The position numbers were made by a program, and so were the translations under genes. Positions 1 to 13,115 of a stretch of DNA of 64,000 bases are shown here, in pieces. The notes beneath the pieces are model-generated. The model made no database searches. It saw nothing but the letters and a program-made list of their open reading frames with translations, and was not told the DNA's origin. Each line of letters begins with the position of its first letter. The first letter of the stretch is position 1. Origin of the DNA: Mytilus edulis (taxonomy: Eukaryota); the NCBI RefSeq assembly GCF_963676685.1, contig NC_092354.1:64790001-64854000 (forward strand), in the 5' to 3' direction.

Positions 1-356
1 CGGTTTTCGTGTAAAACGAAAGTGGCCGCATTCGTGTTCATCCTTAATATTGAAATGTAAGTTGTATTTTATGATAAAACATAACATAAATAAAGGTTGA
101 GGATGAACACGGATGCGGCCACTTTCATTTTTACCAAAAACCATCTGAAAAGTGACATTTTTCGGTATATTAGGTAGATTTTTCATATTTGAGCTTGAAT
201 CGGATCGTTTTTAATGACTAAATCTGTTAAAATCTTTCACATAAACTAATTAATTCAAATACAATAGACACTTTAGTGTTTAAAAAGTGGTCAAAATCTT
301 TCGTCAGATGAACCTGAAATTTGAGGCCAAAATCGGTCCTTACCGGACCTACTCCT
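1..356. mobile_element. Right part of a non-autonomous TIR DNA transposon (same family as 45364-45946)
   Basis: Aligns by eye with 45588-45946 and ends in the same terminus TACCGGACCTACTCCT. Confidence 0.8.
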
Positions 357-679
357 TTGAGCTAGCACATTGAATTCAGTCGAAGAGAGCAGATTATACA
401 ATGCACAGAATCAACATATTCGAGCAAAATCCAATCTCATATTTTCCTCATGTCAAGAAGTGTAAATGTACATGTAGTTGTTAATTACTGTGTCATCTTG
501 TCTCTCCACAAGAGTAGTCTCATTGGCAAATATATCACATCTTCTTTTTCATACGAATCAAATATTTCAAAAGCCTTTTAGATTAATGTAAATAATACGT
601 TTTTAAATGCTTTCAACCCCCGAAGTACTGTATGTAGTTTTTTTTAATAGTTAATAATGTTAAGTTCAACACACACTTA

Positions 680-815
680 ATTCCTGTTCGATGTGAGCCA
701 AGTATCCATGTTGAATGCCGTACTTTGACATTTACTGGTTTACTTTAACAAATTGAGACTTGAATAGAGAGTTGTCTCATTGGCACTCATACCACATTTT
801 CTTATAATATCTATT
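680..815. repeat. Fragment of the abundant dispersed repeat (GAGTTGTCTCATTGGCA..ATACCACAT motif)
   Basis: Same motifs recur in either orientation at ~5115-5530, 9650-9900, 11630-11880, 16615-16735, 23540-24240, 42870-43280, 48035-49020 and 49625-49810. Confidence 0.75.
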
Positions 816-1771
816 TGAGGTACAAAATGTTTAATAGATTGATTCATTTTTTTTTATATAGTTTTACGTCCAGTGGCAATTATTTCAGGACTTAGCCAAA
901 TTAAATAATAGGAACAGTAAGTCGGTCATACAATAGGGTTTTGAACAGGGCGATGCGGGGGAAATTAGAAAGGCCTCTAAAAAGATGAGAATATAAATTA
1001 TTTGGATGGGAACATACATTTTACCTTCTATTTTGGTCGTAATTGGCTGCGACTTCATATATCCTGCACAACCGAATGTACGCCCAACTTTGAAAATATG
1101 TTATTACGGTTAGGAAGAAGACCGAAGCACAGGAATATTTCTATACAGGCAGTTAATACATCTAATTAATGGCCACAAGGGTATACTGTTCACATGTTAC
1201 GTGAGGTAATGTAGTATTATTTTTACCTCAGAATAAGCTGCTGTGTCTTTTTTTTTTAGTTAATCGGATATACACAATAACATTCGACAAACATCTATTG
1301 TAATTCTTGTAATTAGAGATCGGATACAATAACGAAAAACGCTAAATATGGTCTTCAGGCTTATCTAACTCCTAGTATAAGATATCGGCTGTGTTCATTA
1401 TTGAAGGCCGCTTACTCTTACCAATAGTAACTGTTGCTTACATACATGTGACTTGGACTAGGTAACTAAAATGATCTCTTTGATAGCCTTAAACATCTTT
1501 GTATTTTACAGTGTAGCGAACAACAATTACAGTTATCTTTCTTTTTTCTTTTTTAGCGGGGTGTTTTTTTTTCAAACGAGACAAAGGGAACAGTAAGATA
1601 TAAGGCCATCAGCATTGATAAATATACTGTTGTAAAAATATCCCTTCATCTTTATTTTACAAGACTTTCCTTTCAATAACTTTCGTTATGGAATGATAAT
1701 AAATAAGATTCAAAATTATAAGGTACGAAGTTCGTCAAAGATAACGAACGTCTTTAAAAGTTCAATGTTTT

Positions 1772-3664
1772 TCATTTTCTGTAAACATTAAAAAAAGAAA
1801 TGTTCTTGTGTGTATATTCTTTCTCCTTATCTCTACTTCTTTCGCTTTTAATTTCTGTTTGCATGGTTTTTATTTCTTCGTTCTTCTTTTTTTCTGTCTC
1901 CCTGATCTTTCTCAATAAATCTGCTAGCTTTTCTTTCCATTCACGTTCTTCCCTTTCAAGTCGTCGTTGAAAATTTTCACTACGTTCCGATTTTACTCTT
2001 TCTATCTCTTTCAATTTTTCTTCACTTTTTTCTTTTTCCGATTTTCTTCTCTTTAGCATATTTTCTATCCGATGCTTTTGTAAAATATTTTCATCTTTGA
2101 TTTCTTTATCTTTTCGAAGTGATCTTCTCAGAGAAGTATCTCTAAAATAGAAAATTTTAAAAATTTAAAAATATATATTTTGAAATACAAAATTTAATAA
2201 TGTATATTGTTATCCGTTTATATTGTATTGAAGTGCTTTATCAGAAGATTTGTTTGTACTTAAACTATATACAGAAACTATTTTCTTGCTCAAATGGGAT
2301 CTTTTCAAATTGCATGTTTCTCCTGAAAAAAAGTGTCAGCTTTTATCATTACGATTGCTATTGTTCTAGGCTAATACGACAGCTTTGGCTAAACTGAAGC
2401 AATATTTATTTGCGTACCTGAATTTTTCTTTAGTTAAATCTAGACTTTTAACTCTTCGTTTATTGTTTTCTATTTCTTTAAGTTTCCTCATCTCCACTTC
2501 TTTGATTCTATGAAGCATACGCATGTCTTCTTCTTCAATGTGACGTCTTAATTTCATAAAACGACGTTTGATATTTTCTCCTTTTTTCAACTTTTGCCAT
2601 TCATCTTCTATAATACGTTTGTATATTTTCTCGAACTTAGCATGACTTTGTAAATCAAGTTTTTGAATATTTTGTGACAAGGCAGTGTTTTGTTTCGTGA
2701 TTGAATTTTCAATTTTTCGTGATCGTTCACTTTGCCGAGATCGATTCGTATCCAATCCCAGGCTATGATATGCATCTCTTCTACTCCTTTCCACATATAC
2801 AGTATGCAAATGGGTTTCTAAGTTTGCTAGCGGCCCAGTCCAAAAACACTTTTTCCATTCGCATCGTACGATTTTCTGGTTTATACGCTCTTCTAACTCG
2901 ACATTCTCGCGGTAAAGTCCATCCACTCGGCACATTGGACAGGAACCATGCGAAGCGTGGTGACTCCATCTTGTTATGCAGAAGTGACAAAATTGGTGGC
3001 TATTTTTACACTCATGGGGCTGCCGTAAGATGTGACAACTACAAGAATTATCATATATATATTAATAACACATTACGCTATTATTTTCTTCTTTTATTGT
3101 AGATTAGTACATAGTTTTACATCTTTTACTACATTAATTTTGGTGCATGTATTATTTCGCAGAGGTAAAACATAATTCCTGACCCATTTGGTCACAATTG
3201 GTCCAGTCGATTCATTTCAAAATATGAGAATATACCTTTTTGTTGAACTAAATTTGCAAACGACTCTTTTATATGTGAAAATATCTTGAAGCTCGATCAA
3301 TATAGGTCATAACGGGCTACAGCTGCCTGGCTATATGATATGAGTTATTTTCTCATTGTTGAAGGCCAAAAGTTATTGCTTATATCAACGTCATTTAAAC
3401 TCTGGTTGATAATTTTCTTCTACCATATCTACATTGTACGTTATTTTCTTATATAAAGAGTGAACTCCCATTCTACTCTACACCTTCCGATATAACCAAA
3501 CAAATATATTACATCGAGAGTAAAACATGGCATCTTATTTTTGATTTTAAGCAATTAAACAAATTAAATTAATGCGTTACAAACCATATTGAACATGTGA
3601 ACTCTTCTTTTTCCTCTTCTGTAAGGTTGAAAAATAAATTATCCCTATATCCAACGGAAGCCAT
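1772..3664 (-). CDS. RING-HC + TRAF/SIAH-like zinc finger + 18-residue-repeat helical protein (paralogue A, 356 aa), putative E3 ligase
   Basis: Manually spliced exons 3664-3585, 3038-2418 and 2141-1772; GT/AG introns, both phase 2; 1071 nt open. MASVGYRDNLFFNLTEEEKEEFT-CSIC-CHILRQPHE-CKNSH-QF-CHFC-ITRWSHHASHGS-CPMC, then CEWKKCFWTGPLANLETHLH and a charged helical tail. Confidence 0.9.
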
Positions 3665-4874
3665 TATTATTTACCTACAATGTACACAGTACTGGAGCCT
3701 GTTTATCGAAACTGTCCTAAGTTCCGTCCTAAGAATTTCCTGAAGAGATCTATGTTAGCAGTTCTGTTATTTTCCCTGGTGTATTTGTTCGATCTGTCTA
3801 ATTATGTTTGTTAATATTTACACAAGTAATAATTAGCGTTTAAACATGAAATTTAAAAGAATAATTGATAAGTTAAAGATTGATTTTCAAATTTTCATTT
3901 CAATGAAAACAAAAGTGAACGTAATTACCAATAATTATTGATGTTCTTTAAGTTTTGAAATTGAGACAATAATTAAATCCTTGTCGCTTTTGACTGAATT
4001 CTTGTTCTTCAATTACCGTTGTTTTAAAATAAGTGTACTCACATCTAAGTGCACTTTAATTTAAAAATATTGATTCAAAAACTGCACCAAGTCACACATG
4101 TGTTCAATATTTATCCCTTTGAGACAGTAAAATTTTAATGTTTTAAGCACGATCCTTACCTAGGTTTTTTTTAGATAATTAAGATTTAGCTGTTGAGAGT
4201 GAGGAAATATTGTAATAAACGATTTGTTTCTCTTTAGATTTTTATCATTCATTTTTAAAGATTTAAAGATTTACAGAAATATTTGGTTATGTTCTTTATA
4301 TATATGACGTCAACAAGCATGTTCTCTTTTTTTATGACGTCATAATCGGAAAATCAGAAGAAACTAAGACAATTTGACAGCATAATTGAATTTCGACCAA
4401 TTATTGCCGAGAACAGATATTTCACTAGCGTGCAGAGCAAATTTTTCTCAATCGGTTTGATAATGGGAAAAAGTGGGGTAAAATAGAGAAAAAACGATCT
4501 CGCATCGAACCTGTTTAGTGATATGTTTCATGGTTGCGAACAATCAGAAAAAAATATCAATGCGAGATAAGTTTGTAGTAGATGTGAAAAATCCGCATAA
4601 TTATAGTATTTGTTCGTAATGTTATGTAGCTGTATTTTGAATTCTTTCGGAAGTTATTTATAGCTTTCACAAAAACCCGCTGATATCAATGTTCGAAATG
4701 TATAAATAAATAACAACGTCCGATCGAAATCGGGTCGTTAAATCCAATCATTATTCTCCTCAATAAAAGATAGCCATTGGGTTAAACTAGCTTTTCATAA
4801 CTACTAGTGCTCTAAGATCGGCTTGATATGTCTGTTATAGTTATATATGGTACAACTAATAGGGGTCTATATAA

Positions 4875-5105
4875 GAGGGCCCTCATGGGGTTTTTGATTA
4901 TGTGATTACTTGGCCGTTTTTTTAATGATTATTTGATTATTAAGCCAAATATTTCATGATTATTTGATTACCTAGGACTGTATTTTTAGTTTATGATTAT
5001 TTGATTACTAAAGATAAGCAAATATTAAATGATTATGTGATTATATTGGCAAAAAATGGTGATTATGTGATTACTAGGACCCCCCCCCCCCCCATGAGGG
5101 GCCTC
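4875..5105. mobile_element. Short MITE with internal GATTA-type tandem repeats
   Basis: Inverted termini GAGGGCCCTCATGGGG ... CCCCATGAGGGGCCTC; internal (TGATTA) reiterations. Confidence 0.7.
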
Positions 5106-6533
5106 ATATAAAATAAGTAGATGTGGTATGATTAAAAATGAAAACTATTCACCAAGTACGTAAGCAAGTACAGGCAACCGTACGGCCTTCAACAATGAGA
5201 AAAAAACTATACAGTGCGTACTAGTGTGGTCGGCTATAAAAGGCCCCGACATGCAAACATTGCAATGATTTAATTGAGGAAACTATCGGTCTTTTATATT
5301 TATAACAAAACAATGTACGAAAAACAAATAACAGACATGAAACAACGACAATTACCGAAAAACAGGCTCACGACTTGGAACATACGGTATGTTTGTAAGC
5401 GCTCAAATCTCCACTATATATGGACAGTGGAAGAACAAACTATAAAAATCATTTGAATAAGATTGAAATCATCAGAAGGATACTTGTAAGTGGTAATACT
5501 TCTAGCAAAAACACGGTGGACATGGATAGACATGTTTACCTTTTATTGAAAGCTTTCAATAACTTTTGTGAAGGCTTTATGTTTTTTTCACATCTTCTCC
5601 AGACTTTTATGAAAATTCTCTCATTGTATTTTACTAAATAATTGCCCATTTTGATGTTTTGGGAATGAAACGTTTTACGTAGATCCTTCCATATGATAAT
5701 TCATAGAAATTGTGACAGTTTTGTGTTACCTTTAATACATGTATCTATGTTGAAAGACGTGCATATGACAAATTGTTTATGTCTCTTCGAAAACCTGTAT
5801 GATCCCTGCTGTTTTTTTGTCAAAATTTTTGAAAATTGAGTACTCGGTGCAATTTGTGTACAGTGTCGTTAAGTAAACCTCATTCTTAAGCTTTGTAACG
5901 TGTTCGTTATGTTAGATTGAATGAGTTTCTATATGTTGTAATAAAATTATAGCTGTTCTATCAGGCAGCAACATAAAATATGTCTGGATTGAATATGGTT
6001 CACTCGATATAATTCAGCAATTAGCAAAGACCATACCTCATAGTTAGCTATTAAAGATTCCGAAAAGACAATGTAAAACAATTCAAACGAGAAATTTATT
6101 TTTTAACGCAATTTCAAAACGTCTTTTCGAGTTTACCTATTCAAAAAATTTTTTTTTTTTGTGTTTTTTTGTTGTTGTGTTATTGTTTATTTCCTGGGTT
6201 AAAACATATGTCTGGCTTATAGAGCCCATAGAAATAAATGTACTAAGGTATGTATTTATTTTGGCCGTTCACAGAAAATCTACCATACCTTTTGTTTGAC
6301 AATAATTGAATGTTATAAAAAGGGTGAGGTGGAATTACGATAGAACTGACCATGGCAATGAAAATATAAGAATTATTAACAACATCCGTATTTATTAAAT
6401 TATTGATATATATTAAGTTGATTAGAATCACATATTAAAATTTCGTATTCGATAACTATATTATTGAATTGGTTTTTCATATATGAAGTATTCCCTTTAT
6501 ACATTTAACGTCTGCTCAATGAGATAAGGTTGC

Positions 6534-7793
6534 CTATTTATCAGATATATTTCCCATTAATTTTTTAAAAGCATCCTTGATTCTCTGTTGTTCCCTTTCT
6601 TTTGCTTCTAATTCAAATTTAAGTAAAGTTTTTTCTCTCGTTGACATTTCGGGTTCAACTTCCGGTCCTGGCTCTGTGTTGATGTTAGTTTGTTTGAGTT
6701 CCTTTTTCTTTTCTCGGATATCTCGTATCGCATCAATCATTGTATCCGTTGCCAATTCTTTCTTTTTAGACATATTTCTAATTCTTTTCCACATATTTTC
6801 GTCTTCTTTTAATTTTTCCTCATGCAAAACCCGTTGTTTCCTGAAAAAGGCTAGCTTTTCCTTTTCGGCTTTTAATTTTACATCGGCGATATTTTCATGC
6901 ATGTCTGATCCTAAGCCCCCTTTAGATGTTGATACTTTTGATATTCGTGATTTTAAGTTTGAGATATATTCTTGTTTCCATTTTTCATCGTTTTGCCTGT
7001 ACGTAGAAGATATTTTTCTCCTTCTTTCAATTTCCTGCTTAAATTTTTCATTTCGCTGACGAAGTACCTCTCTCTGTTTGATTTTCTCACGTTCAAGGTT
7101 ATTTATTCGTTCTGCCAGGGATATTGCATCCTGTTCAAATTGTCGCTCTACACTGCGAAAGTGATGCAACGAGTTTTCAATTTTTTGTTGTCTGTTACTG
7201 TCAATAATGTGCATGGCATGTTCTGCTTTGACGCTTGCTTTGGTTTTCTGTCGTTCAAGTTCATTAACACGTCTTTTCATTGCTTCGAATTGTTCTTTAT
7301 TTTTCTCTTCTCTCAATTTATTTTCTCTTTTAATTGAATTTAATTTCCGAATTGCGGCTTCCATTAGCTGCTTTTCTCTCTCAAGAGCGTCATTTCGTTC
7401 CTTTTCCCTAGCTCTATGTGTACGCGTTTTAACATTTTGTATCCTCGTTGAAAGAAACTTCATCCTTTCGGCCTCCTCTTCCTCCATTTTTCTCATTTTT
7501 CTACTCGCTGCTTCATTGCTATCTCTTTTTCTTTTATCTAATTGGGTAATCCTTAAAGACAAAGAACTAGTATTATGCTGCTTATATCTTTCCAATTTCT
7601 GTGCACGATCTGCTAAAATCTTTTTGTCGCTCTCCTCCCGTCTGGTTTTCTCAAACGTTCGATTTTTATCTTTTCTGATTTCCTCGTCCTTTTTGATAAA
7701 ATCATCAATAAGGACCAATAATGCTAACCTATTTTTTGTTCCTATTTGCTTCCATTGTCTTTCATTTTCATGCAAAGATCGCTGTAAAAACAT
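6534..7793 (-). CDS. Charged alpha-helical/coiled-coil protein with 18-residue repeat (419 aa), single coding exon
   Basis: Long ORF; splice acceptor (ttctcttttag) at 7827 followed by an in-frame TAG before the ATG, so the upstream exon is non-coding (candidate donor AAG|gtaagt near 8970); repeats RAQKLERYKQHNTSSLSL / RITQLDKRKRDSNEAASR / KMRKMEEEEAERMKFLST. Confidence 0.82.
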   Translation of the reverse strand: MFLQRSLHENERQWKQIGTKNRLALLVLIDDFIKKDEEIRKDKNRTFEKTRREESDKKILADRAQKLERYKQHNTSSLSLRITQLDKRKRDSNEAASRKMRKMEEEEAERMKFLSTRIQNVKTRTHRAREKERNDALEREKQLMEAAIRKLNSIKRENKLREEKNKEQFEAMKRRVNELERQKTKASVKAEHAMHIIDSNRQQKIENSLHHFRSVERQFEQDAISLAERINNLEREKIKQREVLRQRNEKFKQEIERRRKISSTYRQNDEKWKQEYISNLKSRISKVSTSKGGLGSDMHENIADVKLKAEKEKLAFFRKQRVLHEEKLKEDENMWKRIRNMSKKKELATDTMIDAIRDIREKKKELKQTNINTEPGPEVEPEMSTREKTLLKFELEAKEREQQRIKDAFKKLMGNISDK

Positions 7794-8677
7794 CGATTGT
7801 GCTTTCTAGCTGTGATATTGCAATGCCTAAAAGAGAAGTATTAAGTGCATTTTAAAAAAGGTAACAAAAGGGTTGTGTTGTACAAAATGTATCTCATCTA
7901 CACCCGAGTGTAAATCCAAAGTTAGTTCAAATAAGAAATATACATTGTTCATTTGTATATGTTGTCTATAGTTTACTCATATGTACATGTATATAGACTT
8001 TTGTGAAACGTTACGTAAACAACATGTATTCTGAACTTGTGTTTCATAGAATATTGACAGTATGAACTACAAAAAAAGAAGTAAAATCATCAAAATACTG
8101 AACTCTAAAAAAAGCTGGATTGAACCTGGTTTTAAAGCTAGCTAGACCTTTCACTTGTATGACAGACGCATCAAATTTCAATCTATCTTAACTCAAAAAC
8201 AAAATCGGTGATCTTTAATTCAATTAGAATGTATGGACTACCATTTTTTTCCTCAATGTCCAATGGCAGGTGTTGCATTAATTTTCTGAACGATATTAAA
8301 TATAAAAAAAAAATCGATAGATCCGTTATAAAAAAGGGAACTGACTAGGATGAAGGACAGGCGGTATGTTGGAAAAGGTAAGAACTTCAGCATCTTGCAG
8401 TGAGATATCTATTTTGATGAAAGACATTATTATGATAATGAATATAAAATATCGTAAATACTTTGCATGTTTTATTCTCATGAAAATTAGAATTTGCTTG
8501 ATCGGTATACATTGTGCATCTCTTTGAATGTGTTTTGATACATGTAGCAAAGCAATGATCGTGCATAGCAACCCGGCCTACCGTCTTTTGTATACGCATT
8601 ACAATTATTGTTCTGACAATTTGTTGATAGATATTTACAATATATATAATAATAATAATAATGATAATAGATATAAT

Positions 8678-8824
8678 AATAATCTGATATCGTGCGTTTT
8701 AAAGGCAGTTTTTATGTGCATACATAATAATCGTGCATGTTAAAGGCAATTTGTATGTGTATACATAATAATATTTATGCATGCACATAACAATTGCCTT
8801 TAAAACGCACGATATCGGATTATT
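8678..8824. repeat. Fold-back (palindromic) element
   Basis: AATAATCTGATATCGTGCGTTTTAAAGGCA ... TGCCTTTAAAACGCACGATATCGGATTATT, with an internal partial duplication. Confidence 0.75.
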
Positions 8825-10343
8825 TAATATTCTTAACAATATCGTACTGCACACTCGGGAAAAACTTTATCCAAACATGAAATGATTAAAACTGCAGGCA
8901 GTTGCATTATTAATGCAGGAAAAATTAGATAACATAACTTGAAAAGTGTTTTTTTTTTAGCAAGACTTACCTTAATCTTAAAGATCTACTAACTATGTTA
9001 ATAACAGCCAGTCTGTTTGTTTATTAAATTAAAGGTGTACAAAACATATTTGTAATTATATTCTGTCCTTTTGTCGTTAGTCAGCTCTTTTGTATGTTAC
9101 ATATTATTGTTTTTAAATTGAAAATTTTAATGAGAATCTAAAAAATCAAAGAACTCATTGCTTTCAAATTAAATATCTTAATAAGATTCAAATAAGCATC
9201 TGTATCAAACCGATATGTTATTTTTGAATATTTTATTAGTCATGTCATGTCGCTATTTGTACTACCTGCCATGTTTGTTTTGTTTGTAGTTAGAATTTGA
9301 AATCAATGAGTATAATTTTCGTCTTATTTTACTGTCTTTAGAACACTCTGTCAAAAGTCATTTTAAAGTCATCAATTTAGCGGAATATGTTACAAATCAT
9401 ATTTGAATGCTTGAAAGGGTGAAAACTATACTCCTGGGAACTTATTTTGTTTTGAAACGTTAGTATTCAAATAAAATCTTAATTTACCTATCTTATTCAG
9501 TTCAGCAATTTTATGTTTTTTAAATGTCAGTTTAATCAAAGAAATTGATACAAAGTTAAATTTTAGTAGTTCTACATTTTTGCACTTGTATTAGAAAAAC
9601 ATATAGTACGAAAATAATTAAGTAGTAAGAAAATTTATATATAGTATCAAAAAAAGATGTGGTATGATTGGCAATGAGAAAACACTTTGCAAGACCAATT
9701 GATACATAAATTAACAATTTAAGTTGATCGTAAGGCATTCAGCAATTAGTATAGCAAAGCTTACACGACATAGTCGGCTATAAAAGGCCCCGGATAAAAC
9801 GTAAAACAATTCAAACGAGAAAATAATGTACAAAATTAACGAAAACCAAATATGTAACACAGCAACAAACGACAACCTATGACGTAAAGGCTCTTCATAT
9901 TAAACATGCACATACATGTACATACATAATGTTATACAAAGCTACAAAAAATATTACAGTTTATCCCATTTTTTGATATTTTGAAAATTCACATATTGTA
10001 CATATTACAACGTTTGTGAATGGTGATTTCTTTTGTGAAGAAACATATTTATCAAATTGTTTACATTTTCATTTTTTTGATAATTCAACACCATAAACAA
10101 ATTGATCTATACTAATACATGTAATATTCTGCAGTAAAACAAAACTCTTTCACACGAAATTAACATAATTAATTCCCTTGATATGACTTTATTTAGTTTA
10201 TGGGTTTGTAAATGTGGTTATTTACTTTTATCAGTGAATTATACAATATATTGAGCTTCTTCTCGTTTTGTTACTTACATTGTGTTCAATTTACATGTTT
10301 CTGTATCATTATGTTAGAATAAATGTTAAATCATTTCACATTA

Positions 10344-10400
10344 TATGGTAATATATTTGCTGGTATCTAAATGTGTATTCGTAATGTATACATATATATA
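10344..10400 (+). promoter_or_regulatory. Candidate type-3 Pol III promoter (PSE-like element + TATA) of ncRNA copy 1
   Basis: TATGGTAATATA...TGG at about -80 to -60 and TATATATA at -31 to -24; equivalent elements at near-identical spacing precede all five copies. Confidence 0.65.
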
Positions 10401-10423
10401 CATATCGAAAGCATGATTCTATT

Positions 10424-10686
10424 GGAGATTGAAAGAACTGTGTCTACAGAGCGGTTTCTTGGATGTGTTGGTGTTTAACATACACTACGATACACGATCA
10501 TACACATGTGTACTGAGATTGAAAGGCGACAAGGCACTTTCATTATTAAGCAGAGACATACATGCGAATGTCTCCGATCAAAGGTACATTACAACTACAA
10601 GCAGATGTATGCTACAGTTATATGACAGCGAATGCATAAAGCTTTGCAAGGTCGTACTGAGACACGGTGATTTCAAATCTTCTTTT
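10424..10686 (+). ncRNA. Candidate Pol III panhandle ncRNA, copy 1 (~263 nt)
   Basis: 5' GGAGATTGAAAGAACTGTGTCT pairs with 3' AGACACGGTGATTTCAAATCTTC, followed by TTTT; TATA at 10393-10400; internal hairpins such as TGAAAG/CTTTCA and GAGACAT/ATGTCTC; no internal T4. Confidence 0.72.
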
Positions 10687-12819
10687 ATTTCTGTAAAAAA
10701 TAAACGTTATTAAATTTAAACTTATGTATATAGTTCTATACATTTCACGATGCAGTTATATGACATTCTTATACAATACTAGTTGATCCTTTATGTAGTT
10801 ACTGTTGTTTTGTATAATAAAGAGGCATTCGCTTCCAACTTATGCTCAAAGATATTTTAAAACTCTATTTCTCCGTCCAAACATGTTTCGAAACGATAGT
10901 TTATGTTATACACTACATGTACGTTAACGGATACTATTTCTGTTTACTTATTTTATATGTGAATTGTCATTGCGGAAATGAAAACACACATTACTATTTT
11001 CGATTGTAAGATGTTATAATAAGTACTACAACTGTTCTATATATGGATTGATACGTATCATTAGAGATGACAAGGATATTGTACAATGATTAACGAACTG
11101 ACGTATGCGTAATTTGACGAATTGTACAAAACGGGAGCTGCTGTTTTGTACAAAGAAATGAATAAATCTAACATGCATACGCTGGTTGAAGTTTAGTCAT
11201 TCGCATCACTTGCATGTAGTTTAAAGAAGATAGTATCTGTTTATAACTACTCACATAAATTATTCAATGTTTTCCACTACAGCGAATGATGCACTCGATA
11301 TCCGAGACTTTTCTTTTGAAAATATATGCATAATAAATAAAATAACAAAAATACCGAACTCCAAGGAAATTTCTAAACGAAAAATCAGCAGGCAAAGGAC
11401 AAAAAATCCAAAGCTCAAGCACATCAAACAAATGAATAACAACTGTTATATTCCTGACTGGTTACCGGATTTTTATAGTAAGAAAATGGTGGATTAAATC
11501 TGGTTTTATAACTAGCTATACCTCTCACTTATATAACAGCAATTTAAAAATCCATTTTATTGACATCGATGTATGAACAAAAACAAACAGACAGAAACAC
11601 CTAAATTTCTCTTAGTTAATCTGAAGAACAGTAGTTCTCGTTTGTTTATGTAATTTATACGTGTTTCTCGTTTCTCGTTTTTTATATAGATCAGACCGTT
11701 GGTTTTCCCGTTTGAATGCTTTACACTAGTAATTTTGGGACCCTTTATAGCTTGTTGTTCGGTGTGAGCCAAGGCTGCGTGTTGAAGGTCGTACTTTGAT
11801 CTTTAATGATTTGCTTTTATAAATTGTTATTTGGATGGAGAGATGTCTCATTGGGACTCGCACCACATCTTCCTATATCTATGATAGTTAAAAATATCAA
11901 AATTATAAGATTGATGATCAACACATATATAACTCAACAAAATTGTGAACACTTCAGAAATTAAGAATAATCTAAGATTTGTAATTATGATTAGTTCATT
12001 TTGTTTTAGGAGTAGGAAACACCTAAATTTCTCTGAGTTATTATGAGTTTCTACCTTGAGGAAGGCAAATAAATTCAAAGGACATGAAATTCGCAACCCC
12101 AACCATTCCCAATCATCGAAATGTCATAATGATCAATCATAGTATTTGCTTTTCGAGTATTTTGGAAAATCAATGCTATTGTAAATACATGTACATTTTG
12201 TATTCATTATTTTAGATTTTTTAAAAACAAACCATGTCTTACAGATTTTACTCAAACCTATGTAAGTAGTGGCGATACATAGACTAAGTGGTATACACAT
12301 AGAAAATTCAATATTCTAATACATTATGATGATTGAAAAAATAATTATAAAAAGGAAAAAAGGCGGGTCTACCCCATGTGTTTTTTTTTTTAAATGCTTG
12401 TTTTTTCTTCAAAATAGTAGAACGTCTTTATGCAAAACCAATTATGCATTTTGTCTAGTAAACTTCAATAACAAAATGATTTATTTACTCTTATGACCAC
12501 CAACATAGTTGCGAAGGTTAGAGGTTGACAGTTATGATAAAGAACTATTTGCAACATAAATCATTTCTTATTTGAAAAAAAAACACCTGTACATTTTCTT
12601 TTATTTTAATTTTAAACGGAGATATTTGTTTGTCTGAATCCTAAATACGTAAATGAAAACACAGAGCAAGCATACGATACGACAAGAATAAAGTTATAAA
12701 TTATTTAAGCATTCATAATTGATTGAACACATTCATCGATGCACTCAAATAGTGATGCACATTTCATTTTAAATCAATAATTGCCAACAACCATATTCTA
12801 TCGTAAAAAAAAGAAACAC

Positions 12820-13115
12820 GGCCCAGTAGTCAGCACTTCGGTGTTGACATGAATATCAATTATATGGTCGTATTATAAATTTTCTGTTTATAAAACTTTG
12901 AATTTTTCGAAAAACTAAGGTATTTTCTTACCCCAGGAGTAGATTATCTTAGCCGTATTTGGCACAACTTTTTGGAATTTTGGGTCCTCAATGCTCTTCA
13001 ACTTTGCATTTGTTTGGCTTTTTAACTATTTTGATCTGAGCGTTACTGATGAGTCTTATGTAGACGAAACGCGCGTCTGGCGTATAAAATTATAATCCTG
13101 GTACTTTTGATAACT
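12820..13115 (+). mobile_element. Retrozyme/Penelope-associated repeat carrying a hammerhead ribozyme
   Basis: ~300-bp unit containing the hammerhead core at 13040-13083; boundaries approximate. Confidence 0.65.
13040..13083 (+). ncRNA. Type I minimal hammerhead ribozyme
   Basis: GCGTTA-CTGATGA-GTCT(TATGT)AGAC-GAAAC-GCGC-GTC-TGGCGT: stem I GCGUUA/UGGCGU, intact CUGAUGA and GAAA cores, stem II, palindromic short stem III, GUC cleavage triplet ending at 13077. Confidence 0.85.

Noticed and set aside
6577-7809. Plus-strand Phe/Ser/Leu-rich ORFs (also 35189-37148, 44504-44848, 47543-47820)
   Set aside because: Antisense shadows of the K/E/R-rich minus-strand genes
8355-8589. Possible sixth panhandle RNA (TATA at ~8327, GGACAGGCGG ... 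CCGTCTTTT)
   Set aside because: Lacks the upstream element and the GGAGAT/ATCTTC ends; several internal T-runs; weak pairing
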